A stretch of 58,407 nucleotides of DNA from a bacterium (GTDB lineage: Bacteria; Patescibacteriota; Dojkabacteria; JAKAPS01; JAJZLI01). The translations under genes were made by a program, and so were the position numbers. Shown here piece after piece: positions 1-10,149 of the stretch. How positions within the stretch are numbered: the stretch's first letter is position 1; every line of letters starts with the position of its first letter. The stretch covers positions 1 to 58,407 of the forward strand of contig DAIDGT010000005.1 in assembly GCA_027459825.1 (NCBI GenBank), written 5' to 3'. The notes under the pieces were generated by a model. It was not told where the DNA came from and did not search any database. It was given only the letters and a program-made list of their open reading frames with translations.

Positions 1-136
1 GAGAGTAACTGCTATATACTACTGTATATATATTGGACTTATATACATATGTTAGTAATATTATAAACCCTAAAATCACACATGAAACTATGAAGAGAAA
101 TACAAGTATTCTATTATATTTCGTGTTATATTCCAT
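1..136 (-). CDS. 5' part of a hypothetical membrane-anchored protein (runs off the window)
   Basis: Manual translation from ATG at 136 gives MEYNTKYNRILVFLFIVSCVILGFIILLTYVYK..., open to base 1, with an N-terminal hydrophobic helix. Confidence 0.5.
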   Translation of the reverse strand, partial: MEYNTKYNRILVFLFIVSCVILGFIILLTYVYKSNIYTVVYSSYS

Positions 137-229
137 ACACTTTTTAGAGTAGCATATTTAATTTTGTTATTCAATTGTTAGTGAGTTTATATTGAAAAAT
201 ACTAAAGATCATGTATAATCTAGTAAATT

Positions 230-331
230 ATGAAAAGAAAATCTTTAAGAACAAAAGAAAAAGCAAAAGCTAAAATACAAAGGATACAGATTAAAAAGAG
301 AAAACAGTTAAGGAATACTCGTGGTAAATAA
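230..331 (+). CDS. 33-aa highly basic microprotein
   Basis: Manual translation MKRKSLRTKEKAKAKIQRIQIKKRKQLRNTRGK*. TTGAAA (192-197) and TATAAT (214-219) lie just upstream. Confidence 0.55.
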   Translation: MKRKSLRTKEKAKAKIQRIQIKKRKQLRNTRGK

Positions 332-339
332 TCTTAATT

Positions 340-576
340 ATGCATAGGAAAAAATTTTTACTATTAAAAATGTCTGCTATTGTAGCATTACTTTTTTTAA
401 GCTTTACCTTTTTATTTGTAAAGGTTGAGAAAAAAATTGTTGCTCAAAATTTGAATAACACCTCCAGTCTTGTTATTGATGCAGATGATTCTTATAAAAA
501 AGTTGATAGTAAGGATACTGTTAATTTCATTAGTTTGAAAACTCATAAAATTTCTATTATTGTGTTAAAAGTATAG
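340..576 (+). CDS. Small hypothetical exported/membrane protein
   Basis: 78-aa ORF with a basic N-terminus and hydrophobic helix; it fits the gap between neighbouring genes. Confidence 0.5.
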   Translation: MHRKKFLLLKMSAIVALLFLSFTFLFVKVEKKIVAQNLNNTSSLVIDADDSYKKVDSKDTVNFISLKTHKISIIVLKV

Positions 577-658
577 TTCATTGTTCCTATTTTAATATTT
601 TATATTCCAAAATATTAATGGTATACTTTTCAAAATCCCGTTATGGTAATTTATACAT

Positions 659-2461
659 ATGTTAAATAAGCTTTTTAATTTTGGAAAAAATGGCAGTGCT
701 TTTTTGGCGGGAAGGCAGAAAACTATTATTTCTGCTGCAATTGTATTAATGATTGCAACTGTCTTTGCCAAATTATTAGGTCTTTTTAAGCTAACTTTAC
801 TTGCTAATATTTTTGGACTCTCAAGAGAAATAGATATTTTTTATGCAGCTGATTCTATCCCTCAAATTTTTTTCAATATATTAATAATAGGATCATTTAA
901 CACAGCTCTTATTCCTATAATTACGGGTCTTATTACAAAAAATAATACTGATCGAGCATGGAAGGTTTTTAACTCCTTTCTTAATATTTCTTCTTTAGTA
1001 TTTTTTATAGTTGGTATTTTGGGAATTATTTTTTCTTATGATATTGCAAAAATTTTTGTACATCTGTCTTTTCTATATAGTTCTTCAATAAAAACATATT
1101 CTTCTTCAGAAATATTATTAATGTCTTTTATGGTAAAGATCCTATTTCTATCTATTTTTATATTAGGTGTTAGTTTTGTAATTTCAGCACTACTCCAAGT
1201 TTATAAAAGATTTTTGGTAACTCAGATTGCAAATGTTGTTTTTAACTTAGGATTTATTATTGGTATATTGTTATTTGTTCCTCTTTTTGGCGTCCTTGGT
1301 TTATGTTGGGGAGTTGTGCTTGGTAGTTTATTTCACCTTCTTGTACAGTTTCCTGTAGCTAAATACTTAGGTTTTAATTTTAGAAAAGCCGCTATTGATT
1401 TTCATGATAAATATGTTAAAGAGATATATACATTATCTATTCCAAGATTTTTGGGAGTAGCTCTATCACAATTGGCTTATTTTGTAGAATCTTTTATTGC
1501 TTTTGCTTTGGTGCCTGGATCCCTGACTGCATTTAATTGGGCAACGAGTTTATATATTTTTCCCGTTGCTGTTGTAGGTTGGAGTTTTGCTCAAGCTGTC
1601 TTTCCTACAATTTCTGAAGAATATGTAGGGGGGACAATGGATGCATTCAAGAAAACTCTTTCTAAGACTATAAACCAAACTTTATTTCTTGTAATACCTA
1701 TCTTCATTTTATTTATAATATTGAGGCTTCCTATTGTTAGATTAATACTAGGACCTGGTTCTAATAGTCAGTTTGGTTGGAATGATACTGTCCTAACTGC
1801 CTGGATATTACTGTTCTTGTCATTGTCTATTGTTGGACAATCCATACTATCTATACTGATACGTGCTTTTTACTCTATGAAAGATACAAAAACGCCTGTT
1901 GTTATTGAAGCATTAACCTTTTTTGTGAATATAATATTGGCGTTATATCTAGTAAAGGTTTTTGGAAACTTTCCTGTAGTCTCGCCAACAATAAGGAATC
2001 TGTTTAACTTACATTATTATTTACATTTTCCTACAGTTATGACTTGGAAGGCTGTTGGTGGTTTGGGTCTTGCAAGTGGAATTGCTGTTACTTTAAATGT
2101 TATTGTTCTTATAGTTATATTACATAGAAGATTAAAGGGTTTTTCTTTTGGTGAATTCTACCAGCCCATAATTAAAAAATTGATTTCAGGTGCTCTAATG
2201 TCTGTTATTATGTATGGCACATACAAGTTTTTAGATGATATATTAAATACTGCTAAAACAATAGATGTTATTTTCTTATTTCTAATTACTGCATATGTTG
2301 GGGTTTCTGTGTATCTTCTTGTATCTTTTATATTAAAAGATACAGATCTTGATCTTATATCAAAATCAGCATACTTATTGAGAGATTTTGTTTATGGGAA
2401 TAAAATAAAATCTCTTTCTCCTGTAGAAGATGAAATTCCTCCTGCAAGTTCCGAGGTGTAA
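659..2461 (+). CDS. murJ: Lipid II flippase MurJ (MviN)
   Basis: Polytopic membrane protein with MviN-like motifs (KLLGL...FG, IP...GSFNTALIP, AVFPTIS, RAFYSMKDTKTP, GLGLA). Confidence 0.9.
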   Translation: MLNKLFNFGKNGSAFLAGRQKTIISAAIVLMIATVFAKLLGLFKLTLLANIFGLSREIDIFYAADSIPQIFFNILIIGSFNTALIPIITGLITKNNTDRAWKVFNSFLNISSLVFFIVGILGIIFSYDIAKIFVHLSFLYSSSIKTYSSSEILLMSFMVKILFLSIFILGVSFVISALLQVYKRFLVTQIANVVFNLGFIIGILLFVPLFGVLGLCWGVVLGSLFHLLVQFPVAKYLGFNFRKAAIDFHDKYVKEIYTLSIPRFLGVALSQLAYFVESFIAFALVPGSLTAFNWATSLYIFPVAVVGWSFAQAVFPTISEEYVGGTMDAFKKTLSKTINQTLFLVIPIFILFIILRLPIVRLILGPGSNSQFGWNDTVLTAWILLFLSLSIVGQSILSILIRAFYSMKDTKTPVVIEALTFFVNIILALYLVKVFGNFPVVSPTIRNLFNLHYYLHFPTVMTWKAVGGLGLASGIAVTLNVIVLIVILHRRLKGFSFGEFYQPIIKKLISGALMSVIMYGTYKFLDDILNTAKTIDVIFLFLITAYVGVSVYLLVSFILKDTDLDLISKSAYLLRDFVYGNKIKSLSPVEDEIPPASSEV

Positions 2462-2479
2462 TTTTATTACATTCCCTTA

Positions 2480-2529
2480 TTGACAATAGACAAATACATT
2501 TGATAATATTCAAAACTAGCAATTGCTAA
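2480..2529 (+). promoter_or_regulatory. sigma70-type promoter of groES-groEL followed by palindrome TAGCAATTGCTA
   Basis: TTGACA at 2480-2485, GATAAT/TAATAT at about 2502-2509, palindrome at 2517-2528. Confidence 0.6.
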
Positions 2530-2560
2530 ATTAATTTGATAATTTTTTATTTAAAAAACT

Positions 2561-2866
2561 ATGGCAGAAAAGAAACCTAATATTAAACCTCTAGGTGATC
2601 AAATCGTTGTAAAACCTATTGTAGAAGATAAAACTACTAAATCAGGTATAGTAATTCCTGACACAGTTTCTAAGGAAACTCCACAAAAAGGAGTAGTTGT
2701 TGCTCTTGGTACTGGGAAGACTCTTAGGAATGGAGATAAAGTTCCTTTTGAGGTAAAAATTGGAGATAAAGTTTTGTTTAAAAAGTATTCTCCTACAGAA
2801 GTAAAAATAGATGATGTTGATTATCTAATAATGTCTCAAAGTGATGTTTTGGGTATTATGGAATAA
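2561..2866 (+). CDS. groES: Co-chaperonin GroES
   Basis: IKPLGD, TKSGIVIPD, GVVVALGTG motifs; directly upstream of groEL. Confidence 0.97.
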   Translation: MAEKKPNIKPLGDQIVVKPIVEDKTTKSGIVIPDTVSKETPQKGVVVALGTGKTLRNGDKVPFEVKIGDKVLFKKYSPTEVKIDDVDYLIMSQSDVLGIME

Positions 2867-2895
2867 TTATTTTATTTTAGTTGATTTTTATTATT

Positions 2896-4539
2896 ATGGC
2901 AAAAAAAATTGTACTTAACGAAGAAGCAAGAGTAAAAATTAAAAAAGGAATTGATACTTTAGCTGATGCTGTAAAAATTACATTAGGGCCAAAAGGTAGA
3001 TTGGTTGCTATTGGTAAGAGTTACGGTTCTCCTCAAGTTACAAAAGATGGAGTTACTGTTGCTAAAGAAATTGAAGTTTCTGACGCTCTTGAGAATGTTG
3101 GTGCTCAGCTTATCAAAGAAGCTGCAGTAAAAACTGCTGATCTTGCGGGGGATGGAACTACTACTGCTACAATTCTCGCTCAGGCTATTATTAATGAAGG
3201 TTCTAAGCATGTTGTTGTAGGTGTAAATCCTATGCTTTTAAAAGAAGGACTTGAAGGAGCAGCTAATAATGTTATTGAAAAATTAAAGAAGCAATCAAAA
3301 CCTATTTCTTCCAAGGAAGAAATTACTCAAGTTGCTACAATAAGTGCAAATAATGATCCTGAAATTGGAAAGTTAATTGCAGAAACAATGAATAAAGTCG
3401 GTAAGGATGGTGTTGTTACTGTTGAAGAGTCAAAAACAATGAATAATGAAATAGAGTATGTTGAAGGTATGAATTTTGATAGAGGTTATGTTTCTCCTTA
3501 CTTTGTAACAGATGTTGAAAGGCAAGAAGCTGTACTTGAGAATCCATATATTTTGATTGTTGATGCAAAAATAAATGCTATAAAGGATTTACTTCCTATA
3601 GTTGAAAAATTAGTACAATCAGGGAAGAGGGATTTATTAATTATTGCAGAAGATATAGAAGGAGAAGCTTTGGCAACCTTAATTGTTAATAAGCTCAAGG
3701 GGGTTATTAATGTTGCTGCAATCAAAGCTCCTGGATTTGGAGATAGAAAAAAAGCAATGCTTGAGGATATTGCTATTCTTACAGGTGGTAATGTTATCTC
3801 TGAAGAGGTTGGAAGAAAAATTGAAAGTACAGAAATAGAAGATCTTGGTAGGTGTAGAAAGGTTGTTATTACTAAGGACGATACAACTATAATTGATGGT
3901 GCAGGAAAAAAGTCAGAGATAGAAGATAGGGTATCTAATATCAAGAAACAAATTGCAGATGCAACTTCTGATTATGATAAAGAAAAATTACAGGAGAGAG
4001 TTGCGAAATTATCAGGAGGTGTTGCTGTGCTTAAAGTTGGTGCTGCTACAGAGGTTGAATTAAAAGAGAAGAAAGATAGAATAGAGGATGCTCTTGCTGC
4101 AACCAGGGCTGCAGTAGAGGAAGGTATTGTTGCAGGAGGTGGTCTTGCTCTATATAATGCATCTCGTGATTTGGATAAGGATATTGATTTTAAGAGTACT
4201 GATAAAAACCTTGGAGTGTCTATACTTAAGAAAGCACTATCCTATCCTATTAAGCAAATAGTAAGTAATGCAGGAGCAGATTGGGAAATTATCTCAAAAG
4301 AGCTTTCTGATAAAAAAGGTTATGATGCATATACTGGAGGACATATTAATATGGTTGAAGCGGGTATTATTGATCCTGTAAAGGTAACAAGGCTTGCTGT
4401 TTCTCATGCTGTATCTATTGCTTCAATGTATCTTACAATTGATGCTGTAGTTGTTGATGTTCCAGAAAAGGATAGTAAGTCTCCTGAAATGGGAGGAGGT
4501 TATCCTGGAGGAATGGGGGGTATGGATGGAATGATGTAA
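2896..4539 (+). CDS. groEL: Chaperonin GroEL
   Basis: [24 protein letters not shown] and a GGM tail. Start moved to ATG 2896 (MAKK). Confidence 0.98.
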   Translation: MAKKIVLNEEARVKIKKGIDTLADAVKITLGPKGRLVAIGKSYGSPQVTKDGVTVAKEIEVSDALENVGAQLIKEAAVKTADLAGDGTTTATILAQAIINEGSKHVVVGVNPMLLKEGLEGAANNVIEKLKKQSKPISSKEEITQVATISANNDPEIGKLIAETMNKVGKDGVVTVEESKTMNNEIEYVEGMNFDRGYVSPYFVTDVERQEAVLENPYILIVDAKINAIKDLLPIVEKLVQSGKRDLLIIAEDIEGEALATLIVNKLKGVINVAAIKAPGFGDRKKAMLEDIAILTGGNVISEEVGRKIESTEIEDLGRCRKVVITKDDTTIIDGAGKKSEIEDRVSNIKKQIADATSDYDKEKLQERVAKLSGGVAVLKVGAATEVELKEKKDRIEDALAATRAAVEEGIVAGGGLALYNASRDLDKDIDFKSTDKNLGVSILKKALSYPIKQIVSNAGADWEIISKELSDKKGYDAYTGGHINMVEAGIIDPVKVTRLAVSHAVSIASMYLTIDAVVVDVPEKDSKSPEMGGGYPGGMGGMDGMM

Positions 4540-4565
4540 TAATATCATTTGATTTTATTACGATG

Positions 4566-4597
4566 AAGGGAGAGTTTCAGGTAACTCTCCCTTTTTT
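4566..4597 (+). terminator. Intrinsic terminator after groEL
   Basis: AAGGGAGAGTT-loop-AACTCTCCCTT followed by a T run. Confidence 0.85.
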
Positions 4598-4621
4598 ATG
4601 TGTTATACTGAAAAGATAGGT

Positions 4622-7417
4622 ATGTATACTCTAAACGAATCTCAAATTAAAGCTCGTGATAATATAGAAGGACCTCTTATTGTTTCTGCGGGTCCTGGTA
4701 CAGGAAAAACATTTTTAGTAATTGAGAAAATTAAATATCTTATAAAAAAGGGGATAAAAGAGAATGAGATATTAGCTATAACGTTTTCCAGAAAGGCTGC
4801 AGAAGAAATTAAAGATAGATTATCTGATTCATTAGGTTTTTTTCATAATGTACAAATATTTACATTCCATTCTTTTGCAGAAAATGTCATTCGTAAATAC
4901 CATACTAATTTAAATCTTCGTGAAGATTTTGTTCTAATGGACAAGATGCAATCAACTGTCTTTTTAGAAGATCATATATTTGATTTTGAATTAAATCTTT
5001 TGCGACCTGTATCTAATCCATACAAAGAAGTGGATAAATTGTTAAATTTATTTTCTAAATTAGCTGACAATTTTATTTCTCCTGAAGAAATAGAAAAGAA
5101 AGAATTTAAAAGTGAAGAAGAGCGAGAATGTGCCTATTTATATGCAAAGTACTTTGACTTAAAAATACAAGAGAATAAATTGGAATTTAATGATTTAATC
5201 TTTCTATGTTTAAAACTTTTTAATAAAAATAATGATGTTTTAAAAGAAATAAAAAATTCATATAAATATATACTGGTTGATGAATTTCAAGATACAAATC
5301 ATATTCAAAATTTACTTATAAATAAAATTGTGAATAAGGATAATAATATTACTATTGTAGGGGATATAAATCAAAGTATATATAATTTTAGGGGGGCAAA
5401 TTTAAATAATATAAATGAGTTTAAAAAAAGCTTCTCTAATTACAAGGAAATTAATTTAGATACAAATTATAGATCACATCAGGAAATAGTTGATAGTGCA
5501 TATAAAATTATTAATGGTAGTCCTTTGAAATCAATTAAGGGAAATGGTGGAGAGATAATGGATGTTTTTAGGTTTAGTACAGGAGATAAGGAGCTTAATT
5601 TTATTGCTTCTCAAATACTTAAGTTAAAGGATACAGATAAAAGAGAATTCAAAGATTTTGCAATTTTGACTAGATCAAATGCCTTAGCCTCAGAAGTGTC
5701 ATTAATTTTACAAAAGTATAACATCCCTTTTGAATTTAGGGGATCAGATAGTTTTTCTAATTCTGCAGAAGTGAAAGATTTGATAGCTATGATTAAGTTT
5801 TTTGAAGATAAAAATAATGACATCTCTTTATTAAAAGTTATGGGTTTTGAAGTTTTTGGTATAGATATACTTTCTAGATATTTAATTTCAAAAATATCTA
5901 AAATTTTAAAAATTTCAATATTTGAGACCTTAAAATTCATTGTTGGTGAATATGATGCGTTATATGATACTGTAGGTGTTGATTTTATGATTGGACATGG
6001 TGATTATGTGAATACTGTTTATGATATAAAGTCTTTTGTCAATGAATGTAAATCTTCCAATATAAAGACTCTTTATGATTTATTGAGTAAATATATAGTG
6101 TCTGTGGATGGTGTTTCTTTTTCTAATAAAATTTTGGAATTTTTGAATGAAATCAAATACTTTGAGTATGTCCATTCTTTACCTGATGGTACTTTTATCC
6201 GTAGCAATGTAGATAAATTTATGTCTATAATTCAAAAACTAGAGGATATTCAAATAACTAAATTTTCTAGATATTTAGACCATATAGATAAAGTTTCTTT
6301 TGAAGATGATGTTGATGTGCTATCAAGTTTGAATGCAGTTACCCTTTCGACTGTACATGGTGTGAAGGGTATGGAATTTTCTATTGTTTTTATGCCTTTC
6401 TTGACATCAGACAGATTTCCTTCTAGGCGGTTATCGGCATCACAGGAATTATTCAATGATATAGGTGTTGATACTGTGAATGGCAATGGTATTGATGAAG
6501 AAAAAAGGTTATTTTTTGTTGGTATTACTCGTTCAAAAGAAAGAATTTTTTTAACCTATTCTGATTTTTATGAAAATAATAAAAAACAAAAAAATATAAG
6601 TCCCTTTATCTTAGATCTTGGTTTAAAAGAAAAGGATTCTACTTTCGGCGACAAAGATGCTTCTCATATTTATAATCAAGTATCTTTTAATTATTTTATT
6701 CCTAAAGATTATTCTAAATTTTATTATAGTTACAGTAAAATAGTTTCTTTTAAAAAATGTCCATTGCACTATTATTATGAATATGTTTTAAATTTCCCTA
6801 AAAAACAGTCCTATGCTCTTGAGTATGGAACTTTAATTCATAATACAATAAATCAATTTTTTAGAATGAAAAATTTTGAAGATGTTGATTTGCTAAATTC
6901 AATTTATCTTAAAAATTGGGAAAGTATAAATTCCTCTGTGTTTAAAAATTCTAATCATGCAGAAATATTTAAACAGTATGGTATTCAGAATTTAAAAAGT
7001 CATATTGATATGATGATCCCAAAATCCAAATATTCTTACAATGAAATGAATTTTAGATTTAAGTTTAAAAATAAATATACTATAAATGGCAGGATAGATA
7101 GAATTGATTTTTTTGATGACGGGAGTATATCTATTGTGGATTATAAAACTGGTAGCTCTAAAAACCAAGACTCTATTTTAAATAATTTGCAACTATATAT
7201 ATATGCATTAGCAGCTAAAGATAAGTATAAGAGGGATATAAAAGATCTTAGTTTAATTTTTGTTGATGAAGGAAATGTTGTGAAAAGTAGTTATAATGAT
7301 CTTGATCTTGAAAAAGTAGAGAAAGAACTGATAGAATTGATGACTAAGATGGATAATATACAAAACACAATTTCAAAAACATTTTGGTGTGGAAATTGTG
7401 ATTATAATATTTTATGA
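4622..7417 (+). CDS. UvrD/PcrA-family SF1 helicase fused to a C-terminal PD-(D/E)XK nuclease (AdnAB/AddA-like architecture)
   Basis: GPGTGKT, LVDEFQD, VGDINQSIYNFRGA, NYRS, TVHGVKGMEF, EEKRLFFVGITR; nuclease motifs GRIDRID and IVDYKTG. Extended -10 TGTTATACT at 4601-4609 favours ATG 4622. Confidence 0.9.
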   Translation: MYTLNESQIKARDNIEGPLIVSAGPGTGKTFLVIEKIKYLIKKGIKENEILAITFSRKAAEEIKDRLSDSLGFFHNVQIFTFHSFAENVIRKYHTNLNLREDFVLMDKMQSTVFLEDHIFDFELNLLRPVSNPYKEVDKLLNLFSKLADNFISPEEIEKKEFKSEEERECAYLYAKYFDLKIQENKLEFNDLIFLCLKLFNKNNDVLKEIKNSYKYILVDEFQDTNHIQNLLINKIVNKDNNITIVGDINQSIYNFRGANLNNINEFKKSFSNYKEINLDTNYRSHQEIVDSAYKIINGSPLKSIKGNGGEIMDVFRFSTGDKELNFIASQILKLKDTDKREFKDFAILTRSNALASEVSLILQKYNIPFEFRGSDSFSNSAEVKDLIAMIKFFEDKNNDISLLKVMGFEVFGIDILSRYLISKISKILKISIFETLKFIVGEYDALYDTVGVDFMIGHGDYVNTVYDIKSFVNECKSSNIKTLYDLLSKYIVSVDGVSFSNKILEFLNEIKYFEYVHSLPDGTFIRSNVDKFMSIIQKLEDIQITKFSRYLDHIDKVSFEDDVDVLSSLNAVTLSTVHGVKGMEFSIVFMPFLTSDRFPSRRLSASQELFNDIGVDTVNGNGIDEEKRLFFVGITRSKERIFLTYSDFYENNKKQKNISPFILDLGLKEKDSTFGDKDASHIYNQVSFNYFIPKDYSKFYYSYSKIVSFKKCPLHYYYEYVLNFPKKQSYALEYGTLIHNTINQFFRMKNFEDVDLLNSIYLKNWESINSSVFKNSNHAEIFKQYGIQNLKSHIDMMIPKSKYSYNEMNFRFKFKNKYTINGRIDRIDFFDDGSISIVDYKTGSSKNQDSILNNLQLYIYALAAKDKYKRDIKDLSLIFVDEGNVVKSSYNDLDLEKVEKELIELMTKMDNIQNTISKTFWCGNCDYNIL

Positions 7418-8253
7418 GAAATATAAAAAGAAAAGTTATTTCACGCATATTCTTTGTTTCTATTTTATTATTTTCCTTTGTGTTTCTTTCTACTCGTGTA
7501 CTTGCAGATAATGTTAGTTACAGTAATAATGTATTTCAAGGGGTTACATGTGGTAATTTAGAATCCTATATTAGTAATCTTGTAGAACTTGTAGGATATA
7601 CACCTGTTGGACAAAATGGAACTTTGCCTAATACTAGTACTAAGGTAAAAAATATTCAAATAAAGGATGAAAGTAAATATCTACTGTTGCTCAGTTTTAA
7701 TATTTCCAGTAGTAATGTTTTTTCCGATTGTAATACAGTATTCAGTACTAGTCCCGTACTTCCTGTTATTCCTCCTACTATTTATTATGCTTTTTCGAGT
7801 GGTACAAATGGTTCCTCAACTTTTAAACTTTATTATGATACCTCTCTGAGATATTTTTATAATTATCAGCAGGCTTGTGGGCAAGGATCTTCTGCTGTTG
7901 GAACAACTTCCTATAATAATTGTATAAATTGTATACAGCAAAATAGTGCTCAAGATCAGTCTAATGGAGTATATAAATATGTATATACTGATTTTGGTTG
8001 TGTAGATACTTCAACTTCAGGTATTATACGATTTATATACCAATTAATGGTTATTATTGGGGCAATTATTTCATTCATTTCTATGCTTGTTGGTGGTTAT
8101 ATGTTTATGACATCAGGTGGTGATTCTGATAAAGTGCAGAAGGCAAAAACTGTTTTAACTAATGCAATTATAGGTTTACTTGTTATAATATTTGCTGTTG
8201 TAATATTAGGAACTATTGGAACTATTTTTGGAATATCTGTGATATCATTTTAG
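7414..8253 (+). CDS. Pilin-like protein 1 (Cys-containing N-terminal domain plus TrbC/VirB2-like hairpin)
   Basis: Signal peptide ending VLA, and C-terminal GGYMFMTSGGDSDKVQKAKTVLTNAIIG between two hydrophobic helices. Confidence 0.75.
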   Translation: MRNIKRKVISRIFFVSILLFSFVFLSTRVLADNVSYSNNVFQGVTCGNLESYISNLVELVGYTPVGQNGTLPNTSTKVKNIQIKDESKYLLLLSFNISSSNVFSDCNTVFSTSPVLPVIPPTIYYAFSSGTNGSSTFKLYYDTSLRYFYNYQQACGQGSSAVGTTSYNNCINCIQQNSAQDQSNGVYKYVYTDFGCVDTSTSGIIRFIYQLMVIIGAIISFISMLVGGYMFMTSGGDSDKVQKAKTVLTNAIIGLLVIIFAVVILGTIGTIFGISVISF

Positions 8254-8254
8254 T

Positions 8255-8572
8255 ATGATTACATTGGCAAGTACTACAACATGTTCTTCTACTGCTACTA
8301 GTTGTGATATTTCTTCTCCTTTTAAATTTAGTCTTCCAACATTAGCAAATCAAATATTTAATATTTTTTACTTTGTTGTTGGATTAGTTTTTATAGTATT
8401 AATTGTTATTTCTGGTATAAAAATTATAACTGCGGGAGGAAGTAAAGAAGCTGTAGATGAGGCTAAAAAAACTTTAACTTCTAGTATAATAGGTATTATT
8501 ATTGTAATTCTTGCAGGAATTATAGTTCGATTGTTAGGTAGTGTTATTCCAGGTTTTAGTGGTCTTATATAA
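8255..8572 (+). CDS. Pilin-like protein 2 (TrbC/VirB2-like)
   Basis: GIKIITAGGSKEAVDEAKKTLTSSIIG motif between two TM helices. Confidence 0.75.
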   Translation: MITLASTTTCSSTATSCDISSPFKFSLPTLANQIFNIFYFVVGLVFIVLIVISGIKIITAGGSKEAVDEAKKTLTSSIIGIIIVILAGIIVRLLGSVIPGFSGLI

Positions 8573-8576
8573 AGAT

Positions 8577-9257
8577 ATGATTTTATACAAATATATTAAA
8601 TACAAATTTGTGATTTTAGTTTCAGTTTTATCTATTTTAGGATTTTTTGTTATTAATATGTTCGGTGTTATCTATGCTAGTTCTGTTACTATTTCTTGTC
8701 AAGATATGGGGAATGCTATTAGTACATACAGTGGTTCATCTAATATAACTTTTGATACCATAAGTGCATCTGAAGTATCTTCTGCTCCATCAGGTACTAC
8801 TTCTTCAATGTCATTTGATTATTCTAATGGGGTTGTATCGAATTGTTCTCCTGTTTCTTTGAATGCTGATACTACAGGTCAGTTTGTATACACTATCTCT
8901 CCTGTTCCTAGTTCTAGTGCTCAATATGTGACACTTTATTATACTGCCTCATCAACTTCTGCTAATTCTGGTAGTCAATATTCTCCTACTACTATTAGTA
9001 ATTTAGAACCTGTATCTAAATATAATAATAACTTTGTATCTTACACTTTAAATAAGGTTGTTTTCCCTATTTTATATGGCGTACTTGGTTTTATCGTTTT
9101 AGGTCTTGTATCATATGCAGGATTTTTATGGATGACATCTAAGGGTGACCCTAAAAGTATTGATAAGGCAAAATCTGTATTGACCGGTGCTATTATCGGT
9201 GCTATTATTATAATGTTGGCATACATTATAAGTTTGTTGTTAGTATCAAATATATGA
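8577..9257 (+). CDS. Pilin-like protein 3 (Ser/Thr-rich domain plus TrbC/VirB2-like hairpin)
   Basis: GFLWMTSKGDPKSIDKAKSVLTGAIIG motif. ATG 8577 lies just after the previous stop. Confidence 0.75.
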   Translation: MILYKYIKYKFVILVSVLSILGFFVINMFGVIYASSVTISCQDMGNAISTYSGSSNITFDTISASEVSSAPSGTTSSMSFDYSNGVVSNCSPVSLNADTTGQFVYTISPVPSSSAQYVTLYYTASSTSANSGSQYSPTTISNLEPVSKYNNNFVSYTLNKVVFPILYGVLGFIVLGLVSYAGFLWMTSKGDPKSIDKAKSVLTGAIIGAIIIMLAYIISLLLVSNI

Positions 9258-9724
9258 AGTATTATAAATTTTTTATTTTTTCAGTTATCATTCCTTTGTT
9301 TATTTTTACCATAGTGTTTATTGTGCATCCTTTTGTTTATGCTGCAAATGATCCGTGTTCTGCGTTAGGAGGAACTTTAGGCTCAAATGGAGTATGTAAT
9401 TTTTCATTGAATCCACCTATTCCAACTAATTGTTCTACTATTAATAGTACCATTTCTACTATTATTGATGTGCTATTTGCTGTTGCTGGGCTTTTGTTTT
9501 TTGTTATGATTGTTGTGTCTGGTATTGAATGGCTAATGTCTGGTGGGGAGGAAGAGAAGAAACGTAATGCTCAGAGTCGTTTAATTAATGCTGTAATAGG
9601 TATTGCAATTGTTGCGGGGTCATTTTTTATATTTGAGATAATATTGAATTTATTTGGAGTTGGGGGTGCATCTGTTTTCTCAAACCCAATTGTGAAAACA
9701 AGTGGTACCTGTCAATTACAATAG
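9254..9724 (+). CDS. Pilin-like protein 4 (TrbC/VirB2-like)
   Basis: Signal peptide ending VYA, GIEWLMSGGEEEKKRNAQSRLINAVIG motif, four Cys. Confidence 0.78.
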   Translation: MKYYKFFIFSVIIPLFIFTIVFIVHPFVYAANDPCSALGGTLGSNGVCNFSLNPPIPTNCSTINSTISTIIDVLFAVAGLLFFVMIVVSGIEWLMSGGEEEKKRNAQSRLINAVIGIAIVAGSFFIFEIILNLFGVGGASVFSNPIVKTSGTCQLQ

Positions 9725-9735
9725 TTTAAAAATTT

Positions 9736-10065
9736 ATGAATAATACAAGTCCTGCCCATTTAACTTCTTTAGTATCTGTAGTTTTTATAATAGTTGGACT
9801 TTTGTATTCCTTGGTTGGTCTTGTTTTGTTTATTATGATTCTTGTGAATGGTTTTAAGTATTTATTTAGTGGTGTAAATCCCGAATTAAAAGAGCAAGCA
9901 AATAAAGGTCTAACTTTTGCAGTAATTGGTTTTGTTATAATTGTTCTTGCTTATGTAATAATTATTTTTATAGGTAATTTGATACCTAGCCTTTATATTG
10001 TTTCTTTTGTAAATGGTTCAACACTGCATTTTTCATTGAGTAATATCGGTGGGGGAGGTTCTTAG
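9736..10065 (+). CDS. Pilin-like protein 5 (TrbC/VirB2-like)
   Basis: GFKYLFSGVNPELKEQANKGLTFAVIG motif. Confidence 0.75.
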   Translation: MNNTSPAHLTSLVSVVFIIVGLLYSLVGLVLFIMILVNGFKYLFSGVNPELKEQANKGLTFAVIGFVIIVLAYVIIIFIGNLIPSLYIVSFVNGSTLHFSLSNIGGGGS

Positions 10066-10091
10066 TTTAACAAGTATTTTATTCTTTTATA

Positions 10092-10143
10092 TAGACATAT
10101 TGCTTATTTTTTGATAAAATAGTAGGCTTTATCTGAGGAGGTG
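10092..10143 (+). promoter_or_regulatory. Dedicated promoter and strong Shine-Dalgarno for pilin 6
   Basis: TAGACA (10092-10097), 17-nt spacer, TAAAAT (10115-10120) preceded by TGn; GAGGAGGT upstream of ATG 10150. Confidence 0.65.
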
Positions 10144-10149
10144 GAAAAT

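Noticed and set aside
6730-7417. Cas4 or a CRISPR system
   Set aside because: The PD-(D/E)XK domain is fused to UvrD; no cas1/cas2 and no repeat-spacer array was seen in the window.
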